This document shows, one piece after another, positions 1 to 9,985 of a stretch of DNA of 64,000 nt. A program made the translations under genes and the position numbers. A model generated the notes under the pieces. The model saw only the letters and a list, made by a program, of their open reading frames with translations. It was not told the DNA's origin and made no database searches. Numbering within the stretch: position 1 is the stretch's first letter; every line of letters begins with the position of its first letter. Source of the stretch: a virus (lineage: Duplodnaviria > Caudoviricetes); the IMG/VR virus record IMGVR_UViG_3300007169_000667, positions 26,421 through 90,420 of that record; one strand, 5' to 3'.

Positions 1-186
1 GTCTACAATGAAACCGGAGTTCGGGTGCCTTATAGAAACTCACATACCAATGGTGCAGTCTATAAATTTCACCTGTATCCATATTCTAAGAGGATAGTAC
101 AGTTTGGATTTTATGACTTAAGAGCTGCAACAAAACACAAACTAGCATTAGCTAAAGCAATAAGAGACAACAAGTTAGACGTTTAA
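1..186 (+). CDS. C-terminal part of a gene truncated by the window edge (possibly the IHF/HU-like gene that precedes tail genes in crAss-like phages)
   Basis: Frame 1 is open from base 1 to TAA at 184-186 (VYNETGVRVPYRNSHTNG...LAKAIRDNKLDV*). The IHF guess rests on synteny only. Confidence 0.5.
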   Translation, partial: VYNETGVRVPYRNSHTNGAVYKFHLYPYSKRIVQFGFYDLRAATKHKLALAKAIRDNKLDV

Positions 187-195
187 ACAAAGACT

Positions 196-1032
196 ATGAA
201 ATACGATAATGTTCCCTTTATTTCTTCCGAACCTTTAATTGCCGAAGTAAAGCAAGAGCTTAAATCGTACTTCGAAGCAGGAGCTATTAGCGAAGTTCTT
301 ATTCCTACTTTTGTAGATCAAGCATTAAGAAAGCTTCGTGTTATGGTACTAGATCCTCAAGAAATGGTTCTTCGATTTGAAAACTATAAGTCTGAGGTAC
401 CCTGTGACTTTGCTTTATTAGACTATGCTATTCATTATGATTCAGATGTATTCTGGAGTCAGGGTGTAAACTCAGCTAAAGGCACTTGGTATAAATCTAT
501 ACAGTGTACTGAAGGCTGTACAGACTGTGGCTTAAAAGAGGAGATGTATGAGATTGTAACTGTCCCTACTCCTGGATTTAAGATTACCATGAAGAATCCT
601 ACTTGGATTCGAGTGTATCATGGATCAAAAGCTTTGTGTACAGAAGGGTGTGAAAATTTAAATGTTTCTTCAAATAATGTTATACAGATTCACCCAAATA
701 AGACAGTTACTTCTACGTTTGAAAGCGGTTGTGTTTACTTTAGATATTTCTCACGTCCAATGGATGATGATAACCTACCTATGGTGCCAGAAATTCTTGA
801 GGTTGAAGAGTATATCAAGTCTTATCTTAAGTTTAAGTTTTTTGAACAACTTTGGCATTCAGTAGTAGACGAGAGTCAACGTCAAGTAGAAGCTAAGTTT
901 CAGTACTACAGACAAGATCAATTAAATAAATTACAAGCTGCTAATGGCTACCTGTTGACTTATACTAAGCAACAGATGGCAGATAACGTAGCTAAAACTA
1001 GAACTCGTTTTAATAAGTTCCATATCTCCTAA
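196..1032 (+). CDS. Tail ring/adaptor protein (P22 gp4-like tail tubular protein of crAss-like phages)
   Basis: 278 aa, directly upstream of the large stabilization gene as in crAss-like tail modules; C-terminal helical YYRQDQL...LQAANGY segment. Confidence 0.55.
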   Translation: MKYDNVPFISSEPLIAEVKQELKSYFEAGAISEVLIPTFVDQALRKLRVMVLDPQEMVLRFENYKSEVPCDFALLDYAIHYDSDVFWSQGVNSAKGTWYKSIQCTEGCTDCGLKEEMYEIVTVPTPGFKITMKNPTWIRVYHGSKALCTEGCENLNVSSNNVIQIHPNKTVTSTFESGCVYFRYFSRPMDDDNLPMVPEILEVEEYIKSYLKFKFFEQLWHSVVDESQRQVEAKFQYYRQDQLNKLQAANGYLLTYTKQQMADNVAKTRTRFNKFHIS

Positions 1033-1037
1033 GTTTA

Positions 1038-4000
1038 ATGGATAACAAGATAAATCAAAATGTAGCAGGTTTAAACCTTGATTCGGTTAACTACCAGATT
1101 AAGGAGAACATGATTACGTTTGCTCTAAATGCAAACATTCAGTCTCATGACGGTAATTCTACTACCTATACAAATGAGTCTTCTAACCAGTTATGTTTTG
1201 ATTTTACTTCTCAGTATCCTGGCTACAAGATTGTAGGTAATTTAAACATTATAGAACAGTCTAAACTAATTGTTTTCTTGGCTCATCCTGATGGAAGATC
1301 TTTGATAGGAGAGATAACTAATTTAGATAAAGACTGTAACACATTAACAAAGTCTGAAACAGACTGTGGTTGTATTTCTGGAACAGTGGTCAGCAGTACC
1401 GTAGGATCTCAACTAGGAGAGTCCCTAGATACTTGTTGTACTTTTACTCCTCTTATAGTAGACAACTGTTGTCAAGATACAGGAGGATGCTATTTCTATT
1501 CTGTAGAATCTGTAGAGCAACAAGGTGAATCTAATCAAGCATATACAGTTAACTGGACTGACTGTAGTGGGCAACAACAAAGTCAAAGTTTTTTTGGCTT
1601 AGGTTTCTTCCTAGCACGCAAAGGACAATATACTTTGCCTCCGAATGTTAGAATCATTAGTGAAGTTTATGAAGGAGGAGGAACTCCTTGTGATCCAGGA
1701 ACAGGATGCTGTTTGAAACTATCAGTCGATTTTCCTGTATTTGCTGAGTATCGTATTGACAACTGTGAGACTAAGATCTACTTTGTTGCACGTAATATAC
1801 AACCTCGTTATTTCTCTTTAGAAGAACCTTTAGGGAAAGATCAATGTGGTGATCCCATCAACTCTCTTTCAACTGCTTGTGAGCGCTTAAAACTGTTTCC
1901 TGACTTCTGTCAACCAGAAGTATATCCTACCTCAGTAGATTCAGGAGGAAGACTTAAGGGAGGTGTTTATTCTTTTTCTGTAGCCTATGCAGACGAGAAC
2001 GGAAAAGAACTTACAGACTATGTTGATTTTTGTAATCCTATTCCAATCTTTGAACGGACTATTACAGAACAAACAGAGTACGAAACTTCTAAATCTATTA
2101 GAATTTCTATAGATCATAAAACTGCAATCTTTGATTATTTTAACTTAACTGTTGCAGAAAATATTAATGAAGTAACTACATACCACTTAGTAGGTACTTA
2201 CAGAGTTAATCAATCTAGTCTAAAAGATTCTATTATTTACACAGGAGATTACTCTTCTACTTTTTCTTCTATTACTCCTTTAGTTCGTAGTCCTCACTAT
2301 GAGCATGCTGAGATTATCGAAAAGCAGAACGACATCTTGATGTTGGCTGACTTGGTGGAAACGCCTAAGTACAACTTCCAACTTATTGCAAATCAGATTA
2401 AACTTCGTTGGGAAACTGTGCAGATGCCTGTAGATAAGAAGTTTGATTATTCTAATCCTGAGGTTGCTTACTTCTTCCGCACATATCAGAGGGATGAGGT
2501 TTATCCTTTTGGAATTAAATTTAAATTAAAGAACGGTAAATACACAGATGTATTTCATATTCCTGGTAGGCTACCTAGTAGTACAGACCTAGAACCTATG
2601 AATCCTGATAATAAGGATGTATTCCAAATTGTAAATGACTGCGTAGTAGAAGACCAATCCTTACGTTGGCAGGTATACAATACAGGATCTAAAGGATTGA
2701 TGTACTCTGAAAATCCTGCAAATAAACAAGAAGAACAATACTCTTGTGCTATTACTCCAGGGGAGGCAGGACAGTTTGCTTATTGGGAATCTACAGAGAC
2801 TTATCCTTGTTATGAAGAAGTATGGGGAGATTTAGCAGGTCAACCTATTCGTCACCACAAATTTCCTGACAGTGCTATTACACACATCCATAAAAACGAT
2901 GAAGCTATTATCTATCCTATAGGTGTGCGTATACAGGAGACAGAGTTTGAAAACGTAATAAACAACACAACTGTCTATGATCCGTTAAATACTTATGGTA
3001 ATCACCAGATTCCTGTTAAGGAACTTATCTGTGGGTACGAGTTAGTAAGAGGTAATCGTGTAAACAATAAGTCTGTAATTGCTAAAGGATTAGTTTATGA
3101 TGTAGGAACCTTCTTAGACAAGACCACAGGAAAGAAAGTATACTATCCTAATTATCCTTATAATGACTTAAACCAAGATCCTTATCTTAAGATGGGATCT
3201 GATTGGTACAAAGAAGGCGATAGAGGAATGGTGAGTGATGATATGGGAAATCACTCTGGGTTTATAAACACTATAGCTTTTGGATCTCAAAGATTTACTT
3301 TCCATTCCCCTGATACTCACTTTCAGTATCCTAAGATTGGAACAGAACTTAAATTAGAGACTATAGAACATGGGACTGTAAAGGGCCATTTTGTTCCTGT
3401 ACTAGACCATCCTAAATATAAGATAATCGGAAGAGGAACTAATATTTTGTCTTCTTCAGTAGCCACACTTTTATCATATGTTACAAGTGCTGAATCAGAC
3501 GCAAGTGCTACAGCAGGCTTTAGATCTACTTTTGAAAGTCGAGTAACAGAGATTATAACTAATACCTCTATAATGAAAGACCTGATAGAAAAGGCTTTGT
3601 CTTATAGAGAATTAGCATGGCAGTATAACTCAGTTGGTACCTATACTAAATATGAATCTATTCCTAACACAGGGGATAAACGAAGAGTACTGGATATTGG
3701 TTTATACGCTAACGACAAGATAGTAGAGTTAAATGATGATGCTCCATTACATAATAGATTAAGAGAGACTTCTGTTTATCTAAAAGTAGGTCAGACATTT
3801 GCCCTTCATTCTGCTACTAGTATTGTTGATACTTCAAGATTCACAATCTCTCAGGCAGGAATGGAAGACAATCCATCACGGATTGTAGAGTCTAATACTC
3901 GTGCCTACTACTCTTCAATTAAACGAAATTTCCCTAACCAATATGGACAAATAGAAAACATTAAATACGTATCTACTGGCTATAGTGCAGATGTATTTGA

Positions 4001-6137
4001 AGATAATACAGGATACTTAAAAGTAGAAAGAACTTTCTATCCTGCATTTGGTGGCGATACATACATTAACCAGTTTGCCCTTAAGCGTAAACACTCTTTC
4101 TTTACTCGTAACTTAGCTAACTTGCCTGCTAAAGTAGACAATGTTCCGTTTGATTATTGGCTGTATCCAAACTTGGGATATCCAACATTCTATGCTGGTA
4201 ACTCATCTGAAGCTATTACTGCAGCAGATGTAGCAGGAACTCTCACTGCTCTTGGAGTAGCAATAACTGCAAAGAAGGCTCCTGCATTACTTAACTTAGG
4301 ATCACAAGCTACTGCTATTGCTGAACTTGCTGCGGATGCCGCTTTTACTACTGCATTTGCTTCTATACTGAACGACTATATTCCTAAGATAAATCTTGAT
4401 GCGGCAAACAGTTCGTTTGACGTAGATAGGGAAGGATACTTTTATACAGCTTCTTACGGTATTCCAGTATTCTATGTAGAGTCCGATATTAATGTAGACT
4501 TACGTCATGGAAGAAACGACCTAGAAGAAAACTTTTATCCTAATGTAGGAGAAGGTATTCCTGATGAGTGGCTACATGAAGTAAATGTCCCTATTAAGTT
4601 TGATAACTTCTACCACTACAACGCCACTTATTCTGCACAGAACTTGAGTCCTAACTTACCATACAGACTAAAGTATCCTTCATTGGAGTGTTTATCTATT
4701 CATCATAACCGTGTAATTTATTCTGATCCTGCAAATTCCTCTAATTATCTTTCAGATGCTTGGAGAGTGTTCCGTCCAGGAAACTTCTATGACTTTCCTA
4801 AGCAAGGTGGTCGCTTAGTTGATTTGAATGCAGGAGAGAATGAAAGAGTATACGCTAGATTTGAAAATACTACTAAGGTATACAACTCTCGTATTACATT
4901 AAGTACTACTTCTCCTTATCAGTTAGAGATTGGTAATGCAGAAATGTTTAAACAAAAGCCTGTTGACTTGGCTAAGAGTGACTTGGGTTATATTGGAACT
5001 CAACACAAAGCTTATGTCAAGTGTGAATATGGTACATTCTGGGTAGACGCTAAACGTGGTCATATCTATCAAATTACAGGAGACGGCTTTAACGAGATTA
5101 AAACAGAAAATAACTATAACTGGTTTAAGCAAAATCTACCTTTCCAAATTCTTAAAGACATCCCTAATGCAGACGTAGATAATCCTCCTATCGGATTAGG
5201 CATTGTTATGGGTTGGGATGAAAGATACGAAAGAGTATTTATTACTAAGTTGGACTACAGAGTAAAGCCAGAATATCGTGAAGGAAATTCTTCTGTAGTC
5301 AAGTACATTACAGATACTTCAGATACTAATTATCGTAAGTATGTACTCGAGACAGGGGCCACTCAAGTTACAATTACTTTTGGTGACCCAGCTTTCTTTG
5401 AGAACAAGTCTTGGACAGTAGCATATTCACCTAAGTTAAAGAACTTTATTTCTTTCTACTCTTTCCTTCCTAATTTCTTTGTTCCTCAGTTAGGTCATTT
5501 TCAAACAATGATTAATACCTCTGCAGGAGCATCTACGTGGAACCATAATTTATCTGTGTATACTTATCAGACTTACTACAATAGGTTGTATCCTTATATA
5601 CTAGAGTATAATGTAAGTACATTTCCTCAGATATCTACGGTAAATTCTGTTACATTGATGCAAGATATCCAAGAATACTACTCTGATTACGAGTACTATT
5701 CTTTAGGTACTAATAACAATACTAACTTAGCAAACTTTACTAAGGCTATTATCTATAATAAAGAACAGTCTTCTGGTACTATCAAACTAATTCCAGAGAT
5801 ATTTGGTAACACAAGACAGAAGATCACTTATCCTAGAATGACAGCAACAGGTATAGAAACACTTATCTCTCGTAGGGACCATGTCAGTACTTTTAACGGA
5901 TTCTGGAACGTTGCAGCTCAAGGAAATGGGCAACCTTTGTGGTCTACCCAATGGAGTGACTTAGTTACTCAATATCCTATAGACAAAGTACCTAATACTA
6001 AGAGTATAAGACCTACATCTGTATCCTATCAAAAAAATAAAATTAAGTCTGACTTTGCTAGAGTAAGATTGATTCAAGATCAGTACTCTAGATTTAAGTT
6101 TATTAACACCATTCAAATAACTCAAACAAATCCATAA
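1038..6137 (+). CDS. Tail stabilization/muzzle protein (P22 gp10-like, crAss-like)
   Basis: 1699 aa with blocks typical of this family (FALNANIQS, GVYSFSVAY, YQRDEVYPFGI, IRHHKFPD, FGGDTYI, FWVDAKRGHIY, SFYSFLP). Confidence 0.7.
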   Translation: MDNKINQNVAGLNLDSVNYQIKENMITFALNANIQSHDGNSTTYTNESSNQLCFDFTSQYPGYKIVGNLNIIEQSKLIVFLAHPDGRSLIGEITNLDKDCNTLTKSETDCGCISGTVVSSTVGSQLGESLDTCCTFTPLIVDNCCQDTGGCYFYSVESVEQQGESNQAYTVNWTDCSGQQQSQSFFGLGFFLARKGQYTLPPNVRIISEVYEGGGTPCDPGTGCCLKLSVDFPVFAEYRIDNCETKIYFVARNIQPRYFSLEEPLGKDQCGDPINSLSTACERLKLFPDFCQPEVYPTSVDSGGRLKGGVYSFSVAYADENGKELTDYVDFCNPIPIFERTITEQTEYETSKSIRISIDHKTAIFDYFNLTVAENINEVTTYHLVGTYRVNQSSLKDSIIYTGDYSSTFSSITPLVRSPHYEHAEIIEKQNDILMLADLVETPKYNFQLIANQIKLRWETVQMPVDKKFDYSNPEVAYFFRTYQRDEVYPFGIKFKLKNGKYTDVFHIPGRLPSSTDLEPMNPDNKDVFQIVNDCVVEDQSLRWQVYNTGSKGLMYSENPANKQEEQYSCAITPGEAGQFAYWESTETYPCYEEVWGDLAGQPIRHHKFPDSAITHIHKNDEAIIYPIGVRIQETEFENVINNTTVYDPLNTYGNHQIPVKELICGYELVRGNRVNNKSVIAKGLVYDVGTFLDKTTGKKVYYPNYPYNDLNQDPYLKMGSDWYKEGDRGMVSDDMGNHSGFINTIAFGSQRFTFHSPDTHFQYPKIGTELKLETIEHGTVKGHFVPVLDHPKYKIIGRGTNILSSSVATLLSYVTSAESDASATAGFRSTFESRVTEIITNTSIMKDLIEKALSYRELAWQYNSVGTYTKYESIPNTGDKRRVLDIGLYANDKIVELNDDAPLHNRLRETSVYLKVGQTFALHSATSIVDTSRFTISQAGMEDNPSRIVESNTRAYYSSIKRNFPNQYGQIENIKYVSTGYSADVFEDNTGYLKVERTFYPAFGGDTYINQFALKRKHSFFTRNLANLPAKVDNVPFDYWLYPNLGYPTFYAGNSSEAITAADVAGTLTALGVAITAKKAPALLNLGSQATAIAELAADAAFTTAFASILNDYIPKINLDAANSSFDVDREGYFYTASYGIPVFYVESDINVDLRHGRNDLEENFYPNVGEGIPDEWLHEVNVPIKFDNFYHYNATYSAQNLSPNLPYRLKYPSLECLSIHHNRVIYSDPANSSNYLSDAWRVFRPGNFYDFPKQGGRLVDLNAGENERVYARFENTTKVYNSRITLSTTSPYQLEIGNAEMFKQKPVDLAKSDLGYIGTQHKAYVKCEYGTFWVDAKRGHIYQITGDGFNEIKTENNYNWFKQNLPFQILKDIPNADVDNPPIGLGIVMGWDERYERVFITKLDYRVKPEYREGNSSVVKYITDTSDTNYRKYVLETGATQVTITFGDPAFFENKSWTVAYSPKLKNFISFYSFLPNFFVPQLGHFQTMINTSAGASTWNHNLSVYTYQTYYNRLYPYILEYNVSTFPQISTVNSVTLMQDIQEYYSDYEYYSLGTNNNTNLANFTKAIIYNKEQSSGTIKLIPEIFGNTRQKITYPRMTATGIETLISRRDHVSTFNGFWNVAAQGNGQPLWSTQWSDLVTQYPIDKVPNTKSIRPTSVSYQKNKIKSDFARVRLIQDQYSRFKFINTIQITQTNP

Positions 6138-6147
6138 CATTCTTATC

Positions 6148-6528
6148 ATGAAAGAAAAAGAACTTTTTACAACAATTAAACCTGAAATCTTTTTAGGTCA
6201 ATTGTTTCAGTCTCGTGACATTATGCACTTGACTCACTTGCAAACTGTAAACTATGCTGAGCACAAAGCACTAGACAACTACTACAGTTCTGTTTTAGAC
6301 TTAACTGATAGTCTTATTGAAACTTACTTCGGTACAATTGGAAAGAGAGTAAACATTAAAATTCCTGCATCTGAATACATGAATGCACGCACTCACCTTA
6401 CTTACATGAAGGATTACATCTTCAAGCATAGAGGTGTACTAGGAATGGAGAATACTCATATTCAAAACATCATTGATGAGATCCTTGGTCTGATTACTGA
6501 AACTTTGTATCTGTTGACTTTATCTTAA
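6148..6528 (+). CDS. DUF5856-like ferritin/Dps-fold four-helix protein
   Basis: 126 aa helical protein with HLTHLQT...EHKALDNYY...D...E and terminal NIIDEI...TLYLL patterns. Confidence 0.6.
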   Translation: MKEKELFTTIKPEIFLGQLFQSRDIMHLTHLQTVNYAEHKALDNYYSSVLDLTDSLIETYFGTIGKRVNIKIPASEYMNARTHLTYMKDYIFKHRGVLGMENTHIQNIIDEILGLITETLYLLTLS

Positions 6529-6552
6529 ACTAAATAACTTAAAATAAATAAT

Positions 6553-7368
6553 ATGAGCCGTTTAAAAAACTCTTACTCTACCTGCATGAGTTGCGGAGGT
6601 AAGAAAATGAAATCAGGAGGCAAATGGATTCAGAGCGCTATTAAAAAGCCAGGATCTTTTACTGCACAAGCTAAGAATGCAGGTATGTCTGTTCCTGCAT
6701 TTCGTGATAAAGTATTAAGCAACAAAGAGAAGTTCTCAAGTACTACTGTAAAACGTGCTAACTTGGCTAAGACTCTTTCTAAGATGCGTAAGGGTGAGGA
6801 TGGTATGGAAATGGAAAGACCAAGAGAAATGGATATGCCTACAGTAAAAGCAATTGACCCATTAAACATGGCTGCTAAGAGTACTTTAAATCAATTAGAA
6901 AGTTCTAACCTTTCTCCTGAAAGACAAAAAGTAATGAAGTATCAGCAAATGTTGCAAAGTAAGGGATTTAATATTGCTGCTGATGGTGCTTGGGGACCTG
7001 AAACACAAAAAGCTTATGAGTCATACATTAAGTCTAAGACTGCTCCTGCAGCTAAGTCTACTGTTAAACCTGCAGCTAAGTCGGTGGTAAATTCTCCAGC
7101 TAAAACAATAAAGACTAGTTATGATCCTGCAGTAACTCCAAGTAATAAATATACTGGACCATACTCTACTCGTGTTAATCCTGCAGTCAATACAAGAAGT
7201 TACTCTGATAATACTAGATTAGCAAATCCTGTAAGACCTTATTCTGTAAAAGGTTCTGGCAATCCTAATCAACCGCAGCTTAAAGCAACTTCAAAAAAAT
7301 CTACTCCATATAAAGCTGTAGGTATTAATGCTGCAATGGAGTATATCGCAAAACAAAACAGAAAATAA
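6553..7368 (+). CDS. Basic virion core protein with a peptidoglycan-binding-like domain
   Basis: KWIQSAIKKPGSFTAQAK basic module, VMKYQQML...DGAWGPETQKAY PG-binding-like motif, and MSCGG and MKSGG motifs. Confidence 0.55.
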   Translation: MSRLKNSYSTCMSCGGKKMKSGGKWIQSAIKKPGSFTAQAKNAGMSVPAFRDKVLSNKEKFSSTTVKRANLAKTLSKMRKGEDGMEMERPREMDMPTVKAIDPLNMAAKSTLNQLESSNLSPERQKVMKYQQMLQSKGFNIAADGAWGPETQKAYESYIKSKTAPAAKSTVKPAAKSVVNSPAKTIKTSYDPAVTPSNKYTGPYSTRVNPAVNTRSYSDNTRLANPVRPYSVKGSGNPNQPQLKATSKKSTPYKAVGINAAMEYIAKQNRK

Positions 7369-9329
7369 TGTTTGTACCAGGAGTAAATGGTTCCGTAATT
7401 CCAAGTGCACCCTCAGGCTCTAGGCTTAAGGGTGCATATAAGAATTCTAAGAAACGTAAGATGCCTAATGGAGGATCTGTAGCTATAAATAATATATCTC
7501 CTGAAGGAAGTGTAGCTTACTCTTACTCTCCTTCTTTTAAATCACTTAGAGGAAAGTTAGAAGGGTCTACTAATATCTTAACAGGTAAGCAAGACTTTCT
7601 TATTCCTAGTGTTGGTGCATCTTATAAGGGTGTAGATCTAGATTATACTCCAGGAAATGTAAGAGCATCCTTGATGACTAATAAGCTAAACTTAGATGCA
7701 TCAGCAGACTTCAATAAAAATAAAGTAGTAGGAGCAGCAGTATCTGGAAACTATCAAGTTAATCCTAACTTATCTTTTTATGGTAATGCAAACTATACTC
7801 CAAAAGAACCTCTTAGTTATGGAGTAGGATTTAGATTTAATAAGAATTTTAAAGCCGGAGGTACTAGGTATGTGCCACCCAGTAAAAGACCTCTAAGTTT
7901 TACTAGTAATGCTCCTAGCACTACAGACAACACATTTGTAGCTAGACCTTACATGCCTATAAAATCTGCTTATCAAATGGCTGATGCAGAGAGAATTAGA
8001 CAAATGCATTCTAAAATTAAACCACAAAATCAAAAACAAAATCAATATACAGATAATACATTTGTAAATATTAAACCGCAGGGTAAAGTTAAACCTAAGA
8101 TCAATCCCACTCCAACACCTAAAAAAGTATCTACTAATAAGATTACCACTCCTGTAACACAAGTTGATAACAGGTCTTACCAAGATAATACTTATAGAAA
8201 ACCAGATGGATTAGAAGGTATAAGTGGAAAAACTCTTACACAATGGGATGTTAATAGAGATTATGAACAAGCAAATGAGTCTAGGTTTAGATCTCCTGTA
8301 GGAGCTGCTTTAGACATTCTTCCTACTCCTGCTGCTTCTTATCTACGTAGTTTTGCTAGTATAGACAACCGAAGTGATAATTTTACTGAGGGTCAAAAAA
8401 AAGCAGTTGCTTATGCTATTGCAAAAGCCGAAGAAAAAGGAAATCCTGCAGGACAAGCAGGTTATACAGGAAGTTTTGGATACGATGATTACCCAAGTAA
8501 AAGGCAAGCGTATAATTCTCTACATACATTACATAAATCTGATGGAAAGTTTTCTGATAAGGTAGAAAATATGAAAAAAAACTGGCCATCACTAACTGCT
8601 CAAACTACTCTAGGAAGAGCGTCATTTAAAAAGGTTAATGATAAAGAGTATCTTATTCATGATAAATATAATTTTGATGAACATGCTAAAGATCCTCAAA
8701 GTATTACAGAACGATTAGAAAAGATAGGTTACGACTTTGGAGTAGAAGCAGAAACAAATTTAGTAGTGCCTAAGAGTTATGTAGACGAAGCTAAAAAACA
8801 AATCCTTGCAGAAAAAAATGCAAAGCCAGTTGTACCTACAAAGAAAGAGATTGTTGCGCCTACAAAAACTACTGTTCCTGCAAAAGCTAAAGCACAAGAA
8901 ACATATCAAACTACTGCTTCTAAAAAGACTTATTCTCCTTCACCCACTAAATCTACTACAACTCTTAAGTCTAATACCTCTACTCCTGCAACAAAAAGTT
9001 CTTCTACCTTAACAGGAGAAAGACTTAAAGTACAGAATTACCAAAAGATGCTTAATGAAAAGTATGGAGCTAATCTTGAAACAGATGGAGCATGGGGAAA
9101 GAATACACAAGCAGCTTATGAAAAGTATGTTTTAAATAAAAAGATGGAGAACGGAGGAAAGATATCTAACGATAAACAAATGGTAGATGGAGTGGCAGGA
9201 ATCTTAAGAGATGTGAAAAGTAAACAAAATAGATTACAGTTAGCTAATAAAATGGCTAAGCAATTTAATAGAGAAAAAGTAAACTATAATTTATCTGACT
9301 TCTTAAATAAAGCTAAAGTAAAGAAATGA
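7368..9329 (+). CDS. Modular virion core protein: beta-barrel-like segment, linker, C-terminal PG-binding-like domain
   Basis: 653 aa; amphipathic beta pattern over roughly residues 37-161 ending YGVGFRFNKNF; VQNYQKML...DGAWGKNTQAAY; TAATG coupling to the upstream gene. Confidence 0.5.
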   Translation: MFVPGVNGSVIPSAPSGSRLKGAYKNSKKRKMPNGGSVAINNISPEGSVAYSYSPSFKSLRGKLEGSTNILTGKQDFLIPSVGASYKGVDLDYTPGNVRASLMTNKLNLDASADFNKNKVVGAAVSGNYQVNPNLSFYGNANYTPKEPLSYGVGFRFNKNFKAGGTRYVPPSKRPLSFTSNAPSTTDNTFVARPYMPIKSAYQMADAERIRQMHSKIKPQNQKQNQYTDNTFVNIKPQGKVKPKINPTPTPKKVSTNKITTPVTQVDNRSYQDNTYRKPDGLEGISGKTLTQWDVNRDYEQANESRFRSPVGAALDILPTPAASYLRSFASIDNRSDNFTEGQKKAVAYAIAKAEEKGNPAGQAGYTGSFGYDDYPSKRQAYNSLHTLHKSDGKFSDKVENMKKNWPSLTAQTTLGRASFKKVNDKEYLIHDKYNFDEHAKDPQSITERLEKIGYDFGVEAETNLVVPKSYVDEAKKQILAEKNAKPVVPTKKEIVAPTKTTVPAKAKAQETYQTTASKKTYSPSPTKSTTTLKSNTSTPATKSSSTLTGERLKVQNYQKMLNEKYGANLETDGAWGKNTQAAYEKYVLNKKMENGGKISNDKQMVDGVAGILRDVKSKQNRLQLANKMAKQFNREKVNYNLSDFLNKAKVKK

Positions 9330-9775
9330 AACAAATGATAAAGCGTAAAGATGGGTCTTACTCACAACGTGGATTGTGGGATAATTTGAGGGCCAATAAA
9401 GGATCAGGTAAGAATCCCACAAAAGAGATGCTTAACCAAGAGGCTAAAATTAAAAAAGAAAGTCGCTTAAAGAAAGCATATATGGCTAAGGGTGGAAACA
9501 TTCGTCATACAACTAAAGGTCCAGGAGCGAACTACCGTCCTACAAAACAAGGAGCAGGAATGACTCAGAAAGGTGTAATGGCCTATCGTAGAGCAAACCC
9601 TGGATCTAAACTAAGCACTGCTGTTACAGGTAAGGTAAAACCTGGAAGTAAGGCAGCTATGCGTAGAAAGTCTTATTGTGCTAGATCACTAGGTCAGTTA
9701 CGTAGATCTTCACAGGCTACACAGAATGATCCTAATAGCAGAATTAGACAAGCACGCAGACGTTGGAAGTGCTAA
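9326..9775 (+). CDS. Basic core protein with a DUF6321-like domain
   Basis: 149 aa; GAGMTQKGVMAYRRANPGSKL...RRKSYCAR...RWKC; ATGA overlap with the upstream gene. Confidence 0.55.
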   Translation: MKQMIKRKDGSYSQRGLWDNLRANKGSGKNPTKEMLNQEAKIKKESRLKKAYMAKGGNIRHTTKGPGANYRPTKQGAGMTQKGVMAYRRANPGSKLSTAVTGKVKPGSKAAMRRKSYCARSLGQLRRSSQATQNDPNSRIRQARRRWKC

Positions 9776-9806
9776 AAACCAAAATTAAAAAACTAAAACT
9801 AAATAT

Positions 9807-9962
9807 ATGGCCGCTAAAGCATCTAAATCAAAATCAACTTCTACTGCTTCAAAGTTTAAAGTTAAACCAAAGATCCGCAGAAAAGGAGTAGTAGCAAAAA
9901 CTAAAGCTTCAAAGTTAAAGTCTAGTAAGAACTACTTAAAGAAATCACGAGGTCAGGGGTAA
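9807..9962 (+). CDS. Small highly basic protein (51 aa), putative DNA-condensing peptide; missing from the ORF track
   Basis: MAAKASKSKSTSTASKFKVKPKIRRKGVVAKTKASKLKSSKNYLKKSRGQG*; 15 K, 3 R, no D/E; A-rich leader; followed by a terminator. Confidence 0.75.
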   Translation: MAAKASKSKSTSTASKFKVKPKIRRKGVVAKTKASKLKSSKNYLKKSRGQG

Positions 9963-9985
9963 GCAATTACCCCTTGCTTTTTTTT
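9955..9985 (+). terminator. Intrinsic terminator
   Basis: AGGGGTAA-GCAA-TTACCCCT stem with GNRA loop, then TGC and T8. Confidence 0.8.
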
